A stretch of DNA of 64,000 nt from a virus. Positions 1-10,200 of this stretch are shown here, in pieces (position 1 is the first letter of the stretch; each line of letters opens with the position of its first letter). The DNA is taken from the IMG/VR virus record IMGVR_UViG_3300034064_001073, positions 15,874-79,873 of that record, one strand, 5' to 3'. The notes below the pieces were generated by a model that was given only the letters and a program-made list of their open reading frames with translations, did not search any database and had not been told where the DNA came from. The position numbers were made by a program, and so were the translations under genes.

Positions 1-217
1 TTTCTTCCTGCGAACTTATTCTTTCAGGTGGAACTTCAAAATACAGATCATTAATCCAAAAGGCATGATTGAACTTATCACCATACTCTTGGTATCCAGT
101 ATTTAGCAAAGCATCGCTAACTGTTTCTCCATCAACATTTTCATCTAAGTAATTCTTAGCAGCATAAGAGTCTATTCTAGCTCTTCCACCACCAGCGTTA
201 TATCTATTATCAGCCAT
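1..217 (-). CDS. Partial CDS running off the left edge; probable tail/baseplate protein
   Basis: Manual translation MADNRYNAGG...FWINDLYFEVPPERISSQEE is open to base 1. Its ATG overlaps the TAA of the upstream gene (TAATG coupling at 215-219). Confidence 0.7.
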   Translation of the reverse strand, partial: MADNRYNAGGGRARIDSYAAKNYLDENVDGETVSDALLNTGYQEYGDKFNHAFWINDLYFEVPPERISSQEE

Positions 218-3200
218 TATAGTTGCCTCTCCAAATCCGAAGGGATATTGTAATTGTGATTAATTTTTACGCCAACTTGTGCACCTGGAATTATTCCCTG
301 AATAGATCTTGCATATTCAACAGGATTAGTTTTATCAACAATCATTCCTCTGTTAGATATTCTTACAGCCGCGTTATTCAAATAAGATTTAGAAGCAATA
401 GAGTTAGGAGAACTCATAGCGCCAGACATCTCAGCAGAGCCGGCACTTCTTGCCATTTCTTCATCTTGGGTTTGATTATAATTCGAGTAGTTATCACTAA
501 GAAGATTTCCACTATTGATAAGTTTCATATCTGCATTAGTTGGGGTCATCATCATTCTACCAGGTGGCGGTGGTGGGACATCTACTAATGGTTCGTCGTC
601 GTATCCTGAGTTAAACAAAGCATAGGCTCCTGCTGTTACAGCTGCACCAACCATACCTGCTCTCGCAAATTTATTAGCAAAAAGAGACTTAGCAGATTCC
701 TTGTTTTCTTTAAGCTCTTTCTGGGCTAACTGTTTTGCTACTGAGTTTTTACCTCTGCCAGCTGCTTTTGCTTTTTCTGTTGCATTTAAACGTGCGAGAT
801 CTTCTGCTCCAAAGCTAGAAGCATTAGCGCCAGTTAATGCGTCTTTAAACTCAGTGACTTTTTTCTTAAACTCTTGACGCTTTGCTTCTGGTAATGCAGA
901 CATAGCAAAATCAATAAGCATATCGCTTCTGCCAGAGTCAAGTTGATGTAAAGCAAACTCAGAGTCTGCACTACCTGATAGGTAAGAATTCAATATATCT
1001 CCTGCTGTTGTCTTTTCTGATTTCTTACCACCGCCAGCTAGAATAGAAGCTCTTGCTAATGAGAACGAACCTAACGTGGCATCGCTGGTTTCATCAATCT
1101 TGTCTGCATCTCTAAATCCAAAATCTTTCAAAAGACTCTTATACTCAGCTAAACCTTTTGTTAAATCTTCATTTTCCAACGCAGAATGGAAACGACTGTA
1201 TAGAAGTTTTCTAGGTGACATAGCCATATGCTTGAAACCAACAGCTTTCTGCTCTAGAGCTTGCAAGAAGTTTGACATCTCTTCTGACGAGCCTCGATCA
1301 ATGCCACCTGTGCTTCTCATAACATAGTTTATTTTATGTAGTGCTCTAGCTGTATTTGAAATAATACCGACATCTTCTTGTCCAACTTGTCTCATGAAAG
1401 CGGTTTGTTTTCTAGTTAACTTGACGCTACCACCAGTAAGTAACTTCTGTAGACTTTCATCAATTGCTTTTTCGTTTGCCATACTTCTCATATCATAGTT
1501 CTTTTGTCTTTGATATTGAGTTGAAAGATTTGGCGCGCTAATTAAATCTGAGATTCCCTCCCAGTAATCTTTAATGTTCTTACCACTTCTATTTCTATTA
1601 CCTGCACCTACAGCCATAACAGCAGCTGTGTCTCCGTCAAAGTCAGATGAAGTTTTACCAGATATAAAAGCACCAATTCTTTTCCAGATTTCCTGACCAT
1701 CTATGTCGACTTTCTCACCTAGAATATTAGCTGTATATCCTCCAGTCTTGTCTCTTCGAGGATCGTAATACCCAGCCATCGTAGAAACTGACTCTACGCT
1801 AATCTGAGGATTTTGCCAACCCATAACAGCGTATTTCTTTCCTTCTTCTAAGACTCCTCGTTTCATTTTCTTTAAATAGTTTTTCTCACTAGCAGAAGCA
1901 CCTCTCATCATTTCGTCAAAGTGGCCTTCAATAACTCTTTTACTCATACCTATTCCATAGCCTTGAGTTTCCTTTGCTACTTTATCATCTAAGTTTGCAA
2001 TGACCATGCCATACTCAGCACCACGTAGTCTTCCTTCAAAGGGGGCGTTAAAGGCTTCCATGCCTTTTCTCGCCCCAACATCCATCAACTTTCTACGTAG
2101 GTCTAGAAAGGCCTTCTTATCCACGTCTGCAATGTTTGTTTCAACTGTATTTAATACTTCAGTTATCATTTCTTGCAAGTCTGTGTCTTCTACATTTCTA
2201 CCAGCTCTGCTATCTCTTAGAGATAACTTCTTAACATCATCAGCAGATGGTATGTAAATATGGCCGCCTTCATGCTTTAAGAATCCGCCTTTAGTTTTAA
2301 TCCTGTTAAAAGCTGTTCTTCGTGCAGGTTCAGCTTCTTGTTTTGTAAAATCCAAAACGCGGTCTTGTTTTACTATTTCTCTATTTGAGTTCTTTGCAAA
2401 GCTAGCTAACTGAGATACATAACTAGGATCAAAAGTTTGTATTCTTTGTTGTATTGTTTCCCATACTTTTTTCATATGTCCATGTCTTTCGTTTTGCGAA
2501 TCCATCAATTGATAAAAGATATGGTCAATAAAACGACGTTCCATTCTTGCATCATTACCAGGTGTTATTGATGAAGAATCTGCAACTCCATGCAAAGATA
2601 AATTGAATACCATTTTTGAGTTTTTAATCCCAGACTGAACAGAGGATACGAAATCTTTATCTATACCTAAGTCAACAAGAGCTTGAACTCCTTCATTCGA
2701 ATTTAACATTGTTTCAAATGTACTTCCCTGCTCAAAGCCAAATACATTACCAAGTAACTGTTCACGTTCAGCCATTAGACTTGGATCTTCTATGAAAGCA
2801 TCCTCTGCCCTTTTCAAGAAACCAATCAATGCGTTAGTATCTTCCATTGAGTAGCTTTCGCCCATTCCCTTTTTCATACCCGCATGAAATGCTTTATAGC
2901 CAGCTTCCATTGTAGCTGTATCCCCGCCTGCAACTGAGTACATAGCATCGCTAGTTATATCTCCTGCGTAATTTCTAATATCACGTAAACCTAGTAACGG
3001 ATTACCAGAAGCGTCAAACTTGTTAAGAAGAAATCCTATTGCGGATTCTTGCTGAGTTCTAACATTTCTAATGTTGTCTCCCTTTATAAAGTTACGTCCT
3101 TCTCCAATGAAGGTTGTATGAGGCAAAGTTCTTGCTTCTGCGGTAGAGCCAGCAAAACTAGGATCCACTGCCGCAAAAGCCCCAGCAATTGCAGATGCAT

Positions 3201-6200
3201 TTCTTGTTCCAAGTATTTCATTAGCTTTCCCTGTTCTAACAGAGTCTCGCATTGAGCTCCAGGCACTATGAGTTGCATCAGAATCATATCCAGGAAGTTG
3301 ATCTTTGAAATCTGCAAGCTCTTCTTTTATCTGCTTCAAAGCAGCTATATGTGCATCTCTCTGTGGCTTTAGATCTGTCTGAGCAGCAACTGTTCCAAAC
3401 TGTTTAACAGTCTCTTCTTCAGCTTTTTTGCCAGCAATTGCTTTATATGCAATTGTTTTTCCTTTTCCAATCATTCTATTTAATTGTCTAAGTCTATCTG
3501 CATTTGCAAGTTTCTCTTCTTCAAAAACTTCCCTCTCTTTTAGGCGCGGCATAAGAGATTTATTTCTCTCTATCCTAGGAATACCTGGTCCCCCTAAAGA
3601 CATTCCAAAAGGTGAAACTTTGGCATCATTCTCCATTGCCATAGTCCAGCCGCCTACGCCACCTTGCTCAAGCAAAGTAAAAGGATTCTTACCAGAGAAA
3701 AAAGATTGTAGTCCTTTTCTTTGAGAACCACTAATACCTAGTAATTCTTCCACCATAGCAGAACTACCACCAGACGCTCCTAAATATTTATTTATAGTTT
3801 TTTTAATAACTTGCTCTGAGAATGCTCCAGGCCCATTATATGATGACGTAAGACTTTTTTGTAAATTAGGTCTTTTACCTTGCATCCAACTAGGGGCGTT
3901 TGCTTGTTTACCCTTTGTCTTCATTAAGGCTGAGCGAAATGAACTTTCAGCATCACCTAGACTTCCTAGGCCTCTTCTCTCAAATTCCTCTTGAAGACCT
4001 TTAACTTTCTTTTGTTGTCTGCTAAGTCTACTTGAAATGCTATTTTTAAGCATTTCTTTGCCATCTGGAATGCCTCCAAAATAACGATACATATTAGTAA
4101 AAACATCTCTATCTTGCTCTGGTAAAGATTTTGTACCTGCCATATACTTAATAGTATCTTGATTTCTTTCCCAGAACTTTGCTTCTTCTTCTAAGTTGAA
4201 AAGAGCTTGGACTTCTCCAATTGCTCTTGCTTGGAAATCTTCATTCTTTACTCTTGGAGGTTTTTGTTTTCTACTTTTTAATAGCTGATCTCTTTCAGCC
4301 ATTAAATCAAATAATGAAACAGATCCAGTTTCTGTTCCTTTACCAAAGCTTGGTCTAGTTGGAAAAACAGCATCAAGCAATTCAGATTCTGGGACTGTAT
4401 ATCTTTCTCTCTGGGACCTTAAACCAGCCTCAAGATCTGCTGTGCTTTTTTTATTCTTATTGACTCTTTTTGTCATAGAAGGACCTTTAGGTCCAGTTGG
4501 GAAAATCTCAGGCAGTCCCTCTAACAATTCCCTTTCTTGATCAAGCGGAACTCTCTCACCTAGGGATGTTTTATAATTTTCATAAGCTTTCTCAAGAGCT
4601 CCACCCCTCAAGTTCCCCATAATTTTTCGCTCTTCGCCTCTAGTAAACTTTCTTCGTTCCCCTACTATTTTTTTCTGAGCAGCAGCCGCTTTCTTTTTGT
4701 CTGTTAACTGATCCAAAGCTTTCTTTAGCGCATCAACTTCTGGAGCACGTCTTTGCACTTCTTGATCATAAAGAGTATTTCTATTAGTTTTTGCTAATTG
4801 TTTTGCATTAGTAAAGAATTCATCTTTCTGTGCTTTTTCAAAATCTTTAACTGATTGATACTCGTCATTGGTTAATTGTTCATCAAATAAAGAACTTTCA
4901 GTGCTAGTCGTAGCACCAAAGGTCTTAGTACCTTCACCAAAGCCGCTTACTCTGCCAATGCTAAATGTATAGTCATCAGTTCCGGGAATGACATCTAAAA
5001 TAGCAAGTCTTCCTTGACCAGGAACATCTACAGTAACGTCTGTAAGGTTGTCTCCTTCGACACTCTTACCAAGCCAATCACCTTGATCTAAGAAGATTGG
5101 GTTATCTTGTAACTCTTGTCTTATAGCAGCTTGTCTGGCCGCTGCATCTCCTGTTCCTGCTTTCTCTGCAATGTCAATAATGCCTTTGAATTTCTCGTTA
5201 TACTGAAATGGTTGACGAGTTGCAGGTGCACCCTTGGTTGATTTATCAATTGTAAAATGTCTTCCAGGATGTACAACTTCTTCACCTTCACTCGCGCCAA
5301 CTCTAATTCTTGTACCTTCAGGAACTGCCTGTGGATTTTCTTTCATAGATCTTTTAGTAGTTAGCCAACTGCCATGTACAAAACCTATCATGCCAGATTT
5401 TTCCATATCAGCAAAAGCACCTGATCCTCTAAACGCATAGAGATCACCTAACGTAGCGCGCATGTGCTTGAGTGCTCTCTGTGAGCCTCTATTCTGTACG
5501 TTATATGCGCTAATAATATGTCTACCAGGTCGACGTCCTATATCATTTGTAGAATAAAATTGACCAGTATCAGGATTAACTTCTCCTAGAGCTGCTCTTA
5601 CATAGTCTGGTGTTTGGGTATTGATAACTTGCCCACTCGGACCTCTTTGCACTGTTCTATAGTTAAAGATATCTTTCTTAGTTTGGTTAGGACTAGTGAG
5701 TGGTTCAATTACGTAACCATGCCCCTCTGCTTGTCTTTGGAACTCATCAAACTCTCCAACTCTTGAAGAATCATCTGGGCTGAATTCATCACTCAACTGA
5801 AGATCCTCATCCATAGGGTTCATAGTTCGAACAACTTTCATCTGAGCCGCTTTAAGAGACAAGGCTCTAGACGGAGTTCTTACAGGATCTATGTACTGTA
5901 GGATTTTATATTGATCATCAGCGTCAACATCTTTGCCACCAAACAAAGACGAACTAAGACGCCTGCCACTTTGAAGACTCTTATCAATCATTCCCATGAT
6001 TGCGCCGCCTTCACGCCCATACTTACCGTTCTTGTAAACATCTCTGCCAAATAAATACTCAAGCCCAGTCATAACTTCACTGGTTTTGTCTTTATTGATT
6101 TGCATCACTCTGCCAGTTGGACTGTACATAACCGAACCAGCAGCATCTCTATGGTAAATCTCAGCGCCTGTTGAAGCATCTTTATAATGTGACAGTTCTT

Positions 6201-7209
6201 GGATTGGCATCATAATGCTCTCAGCGTTTTCTCCGCTACCAACTCTGTACTGAGCATATCTAAATTTTTTACTAGCACTGTCCCCAATCTTCTGATCAAT
6301 CTCTACAATGTTTGACCTATTGTAGGTCATATCAACGCCTCTTCTACCTACTCGCTTTTCAAAGTTTTTTATTCGTTGAGCTTCTTCTTCCGTTAGATCA
6401 GAATCTGAAAGAAATTTAACATTGGATAGAGTGTTGTTTCCTGTTCCAAAATTAAGTAAACCTCTTGTTCCAGTTGCAGTCATTGCTCTGTTACCATGTA
6501 ATCTTTTTGAGAAAACATCAGCCATACCATCTACTCCGCCATACAAACTACTGAATGTATTAAGAAGAGGATTTAAAGCACGTCTTGCACCCTTAACATC
6601 CATGGGACCAAAGCTAGACCCCTGCAATTTGGCAAGTAAACTTTGATAGGTTTTCTGTTTATGAGTTCCTTGAAACACTCCTGAGAATCTTTTATTTTGC
6701 ATAATGTCAAGAAGCGTAAGTCTTGTAGCCTCAGCTTGTTGTCCATAGAATGAATTAGGATCTGCCGCAAAATTAAAATTGTTTACATTAAGAGGCCCAT
6801 TAACAATGGGAATTCCTCCTGGAACTCCTTGGGCACCCATAGGAGTACTTGTTACCATCTGATTGGCTACAACAAGACCGCCACCCTTTAGTCTCTTTCC
6901 TTCAAACTTATTTTTTTGCTGACTCCATAAGTACTGAAGTTGCTGAGCATTCATTGCATTTTCAATTGCAAACTGAAGACTTTTATTACTATCAGGTCGC
7001 ATATTATTTGCTTTATACTGATTACTTAATGTCTCAAAGAAAGTTCCATTCTCATACTCGCCTAATGTATTTCCGATATATGAATCGGTAGTAGTGCCAG
7101 TTAGCATTTGCTTAACTGCACTAAGTGTTAAATCGCTGCCTTTTGCTTTTCCAAAAGCTAAAGCGCCTAACCCTATGCTTAGTAAGTTAAAAATCTTATC
7201 GCTAATCAT
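217..7209 (-). CDS. 2330-aa putative virion-associated two-barrel (DPBB) DNA-dependent RNA polymerase
   Basis: SSDFDGDTAAV (DFDGD at 1630-1644) is preceded about 58 aa earlier by VMGWQNPQIS, the spacing of the beta-prime R.P...DxDGD barrel. GEGTKTFG is a possible beta-like lysine motif. The gene lies in the tail module directly after the tape-measure-like gene. Confidence 0.7.
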   Translation of the reverse strand: MISDKIFNLLSIGLGALAFGKAKGSDLTLSAVKQMLTGTTTDSYIGNTLGEYENGTFFETLSNQYKANNMRPDSNKSLQFAIENAMNAQQLQYLWSQQKNKFEGKRLKGGGLVVANQMVTSTPMGAQGVPGGIPIVNGPLNVNNFNFAADPNSFYGQQAEATRLTLLDIMQNKRFSGVFQGTHKQKTYQSLLAKLQGSSFGPMDVKGARRALNPLLNTFSSLYGGVDGMADVFSKRLHGNRAMTATGTRGLLNFGTGNNTLSNVKFLSDSDLTEEEAQRIKNFEKRVGRRGVDMTYNRSNIVEIDQKIGDSASKKFRYAQYRVGSGENAESIMMPIQELSHYKDASTGAEIYHRDAAGSVMYSPTGRVMQINKDKTSEVMTGLEYLFGRDVYKNGKYGREGGAIMGMIDKSLQSGRRLSSSLFGGKDVDADDQYKILQYIDPVRTPSRALSLKAAQMKVVRTMNPMDEDLQLSDEFSPDDSSRVGEFDEFQRQAEGHGYVIEPLTSPNQTKKDIFNYRTVQRGPSGQVINTQTPDYVRAALGEVNPDTGQFYSTNDIGRRPGRHIISAYNVQNRGSQRALKHMRATLGDLYAFRGSGAFADMEKSGMIGFVHGSWLTTKRSMKENPQAVPEGTRIRVGASEGEEVVHPGRHFTIDKSTKGAPATRQPFQYNEKFKGIIDIAEKAGTGDAAARQAAIRQELQDNPIFLDQGDWLGKSVEGDNLTDVTVDVPGQGRLAILDVIPGTDDYTFSIGRVSGFGEGTKTFGATTSTESSLFDEQLTNDEYQSVKDFEKAQKDEFFTNAKQLAKTNRNTLYDQEVQRRAPEVDALKKALDQLTDKKKAAAAQKKIVGERRKFTRGEERKIMGNLRGGALEKAYENYKTSLGERVPLDQERELLEGLPEIFPTGPKGPSMTKRVNKNKKSTADLEAGLRSQRERYTVPESELLDAVFPTRPSFGKGTETGSVSLFDLMAERDQLLKSRKQKPPRVKNEDFQARAIGEVQALFNLEEEAKFWERNQDTIKYMAGTKSLPEQDRDVFTNMYRYFGGIPDGKEMLKNSISSRLSRQQKKVKGLQEEFERRGLGSLGDAESSFRSALMKTKGKQANAPSWMQGKRPNLQKSLTSSYNGPGAFSEQVIKKTINKYLGASGGSSAMVEELLGISGSQRKGLQSFFSGKNPFTLLEQGGVGGWTMAMENDAKVSPFGMSLGGPGIPRIERNKSLMPRLKEREVFEEEKLANADRLRQLNRMIGKGKTIAYKAIAGKKAEEETVKQFGTVAAQTDLKPQRDAHIAALKQIKEELADFKDQLPGYDSDATHSAWSSMRDSVRTGKANEILGTRNASAIAGAFAAVDPSFAGSTAEARTLPHTTFIGEGRNFIKGDNIRNVRTQQESAIGFLLNKFDASGNPLLGLRDIRNYAGDITSDAMYSVAGGDTATMEAGYKAFHAGMKKGMGESYSMEDTNALIGFLKRAEDAFIEDPSLMAEREQLLGNVFGFEQGSTFETMLNSNEGVQALVDLGIDKDFVSSVQSGIKNSKMVFNLSLHGVADSSSITPGNDARMERRFIDHIFYQLMDSQNERHGHMKKVWETIQQRIQTFDPSYVSQLASFAKNSNREIVKQDRVLDFTKQEAEPARRTAFNRIKTKGGFLKHEGGHIYIPSADDVKKLSLRDSRAGRNVEDTDLQEMITEVLNTVETNIADVDKKAFLDLRRKLMDVGARKGMEAFNAPFEGRLRGAEYGMVIANLDDKVAKETQGYGIGMSKRVIEGHFDEMMRGASASEKNYLKKMKRGVLEEGKKYAVMGWQNPQISVESVSTMAGYYDPRRDKTGGYTANILGEKVDIDGQEIWKRIGAFISGKTSSDFDGDTAAVMAVGAGNRNRSGKNIKDYWEGISDLISAPNLSTQYQRQKNYDMRSMANEKAIDESLQKLLTGGSVKLTRKQTAFMRQVGQEDVGIISNTARALHKINYVMRSTGGIDRGSSEEMSNFLQALEQKAVGFKHMAMSPRKLLYSRFHSALENEDLTKGLAEYKSLLKDFGFRDADKIDETSDATLGSFSLARASILAGGGKKSEKTTAGDILNSYLSGSADSEFALHQLDSGRSDMLIDFAMSALPEAKRQEFKKKVTEFKDALTGANASSFGAEDLARLNATEKAKAAGRGKNSVAKQLAQKELKENKESAKSLFANKFARAGMVGAAVTAGAYALFNSGYDDEPLVDVPPPPPGRMMMTPTNADMKLINSGNLLSDNYSNYNQTQDEEMARSAGSAEMSGAMSSPNSIASKSYLNNAAVRISNRGMIVDKTNPVEYARSIQGIIPGAQVGVKINHNYNIPSDLERQL

Positions 7210-7217
7210 AGTAAAAC

Positions 7218-10200
7218 TTACATAAACGGATTAAGAGTATTGTACTCATTAAATGTTAGGTCAACAAAATCTTGGTTCCTATTAGGCCCTTGAATATTAT
7301 AACTATTTACACCATACCCACTGTACATCTTAGCAGCATTAGCCATTCCATTCAGTCCATTTCTAAAACTTAAGTTATTCAGATCTTGCATAGCTTTTTC
7401 ATCTACATATGGTTTTCTAGGCATATACGAGGCCCGGCTTGGATATATTCCAAAGTCATGATAGTCCATACCTTCAGACTGAATATATTTAAGCTTAACA
7501 TCTTCTAGGTCTACTGCTGGATTAAATCCAATCCAGTCTACAGCTGGCATTGATCTATGATTAAAGAATTGAGATACTTCTTGTAACTTTGCGCTTTCTA
7601 CCATTTGAGGATCTGCTACATCAAATCCTTCTTTTTGTTTCTTTATAATAAGATCAGCTGCATAGTCCATACCATAAGTGGACATAGGCCCAGCCGTTGC
7701 TGCACGATTAATAGCCTCTAAGTCTTGGTTAAGATAAAAGCCTTCCATTAGTCTTGCCTTGTAATCTGGTAAAGCATCTATGATTTCGCCTTGGCGACCA
7801 GGATTCATCTCTCTCGCAAATCCTGCGGCAAACATAGATTCTCTTCCACCTAAAACATTTGCTAATCTATCTTCAGATACATAACCTGTTCCACCAACAT
7901 AAGTATCTTGTGCTATATTCTGATATTGATTTGCTAGTTGGCCATTACCTTCCATGCTTGCCGCTTGAGACAAAGATGAATATTTAACATATTTAAGCTT
8001 GTCAAAGTACTCTTCAGTCTGTCTTTTCTCTCTTAGTCCTGGGGACTCAAAATTAAAACCAAGCCAATTATGTAACGCTGACTTTACAGCAGGAGCTATC
8101 CAGTCTGCAACTGGACTATCCCATCCTTTCATTTCGGTACCGTAAAGTTCCCTTGATTCATACTCTTCTAGAGCATCTCGAAATGGCAATAGCTTATTTA
8201 CAGGAGACATACCAAACATTCCAATATGCTCTATTGGCTGTGCAACTCTATTTGCAATATGTGTTGTAGCTTCCCATGCTCTGCCAAACATTCTTCCAAT
8301 AGGATTAGTCATTGCATAGCTAGAGATTTGAGAATCATCTCTAGCGAAGTCACCTTCTTCTCTTATATCTTGGTTAACATTAAAACCATTATTACTTACA
8401 GCGCCCCTAATAATACCTGAAGAGTCAACTGCTTGACCAATACTAGCAGGAACATCTACTGATACTCCTTGTCCAACTTGAATCTTACTAGAGAACGCAG
8501 ATTCATTTTTGCCTTTTAATTTCGCAGCTTGTTTGATTGATAAGTTGTAATCGCTAATTAAAGCATCAACATCATTAGATATGCCAGCCACACCGAATCT
8601 ACCACCGTATCCTTCAAGAGTAAAGCTCATAGTCGAAGCATCAACTGATGAAACTCTTCCACTTATGTTGTCGTAAGTGCTTGGCTTGAATTGATACGTG
8701 TCGTATTCCATGTCATTCTTTTTGTTTTCTATCATTTGTTTATGGCGATAGAAGAATTTTCTTTCTTCCTGCGTCATATCTCCGCCAGCCTTCATTAGTT
8801 CGGCTTGCCTTAAGTATCCTTTGTACTGAGGAGATTGAGGAGCAACATCTCCAAGAATATTAAGTTTGTGAAGCAAAGGGTAATCTTCTGGATTGACACC
8901 TTTCAATTCTTTATGCAAAGCTACATATCCCTTGCCTGGCATTCTATACTCACCTTCGCCATATCTGGTGCTAGTATATTGGTTGCCAAACTTAAAACTA
9001 TCTGGCATCCAACTTGGCATAGCATTTTGAATAGGATTGTATTGCTTTAAATCATCTTTGTGGAGGAATCGTCTAATAGGCTCTGATACAAATGGAACAC
9101 CAAGGAATGAACCACCACCCTGAAGATCATGGAATCTACTTGCCATATCCATATTACGAGAGAAGGACTCTAGCTCTTGTCTTTGATCAGCAAATCCAGG
9201 AGTGCCAGTTAAGTAATTCTTAGCAGTCTTCGCATAGAAACCAACTAGTCCTCCAAGTGAAGTTGTTTGCTCCCAGAAGTCTCCAAGTACTCTTCCTGGA
9301 GAATACGGCGAATAGGGTGCAGGCAAACCAAGTCCACCAATCTGTAAGTCTGGAATCTCATCAAGTCCAGTAGATCTTTCTAGTAGCTTTACATTTCCTT
9401 CTTCATCACTTCGAGCCCACTCACCTACATGCATAAGTCTTGGCTTTTTGATAAGATCTGCAAAAGGTTGAATTAGCGGATATATAAATGGAACTTGATC
9501 AAACGCAGCACCTGTTATTGGCGCTGGCCTAGTCCAGTAGTTTTCTCTCTCAAGCTTGTATGTGAAATTCTTTAATACCATTTCCGTCAATTGACCGTGA
9601 CCGCCAGATGCCCCAGCCTGAGTTGCACCTGAACTTAAACGAGCTGTCAATGTAGGGCGGTAATAAAGAATATCAGTACCCTCATAACCTGTTTGACCCA
9701 TTTCCCATTTTTGACCACGCTTAACAGCTTCTAGTCTTTTGCCTTGATTAAGCTCTCTAAGCTCAGCTGGGCGCTCTAGGGTACCCATACTGCCAGTTGC
9801 TGTGTACCATGCTGCTGCTGCTACAGTAGAAGCATACAGGATACTTCTCATTCTAGGCGCTACTCTTATTGCTTCTCTTAATCTACCAAATGCACCTTTC
9901 TCACTTGCAAAAATTCTCTCTTTTGCTTCAGCGTAAGTATGCTCAGTAATGTGTTCTGCTATTTCATCAAAGTTTGATTCATCTGCAACTTTGCCAATTG
10001 GGTTATTAAGTAATCCATATTCATTTTTTCTTTCAAGAGAGGCAATATAAGAATTTACATTACGCTCTACAACATCAGCCTGCTTAGATGATAGACCTCC
10101 TGTGTCGCCTCTTGCTATTGTAATAGCAGTTTCAAGTCTAGATCTTGCTGCGACTTTTTCTCTATCTGAAAGACCAGAGTAAGCATCCGCATGTTGTTTA

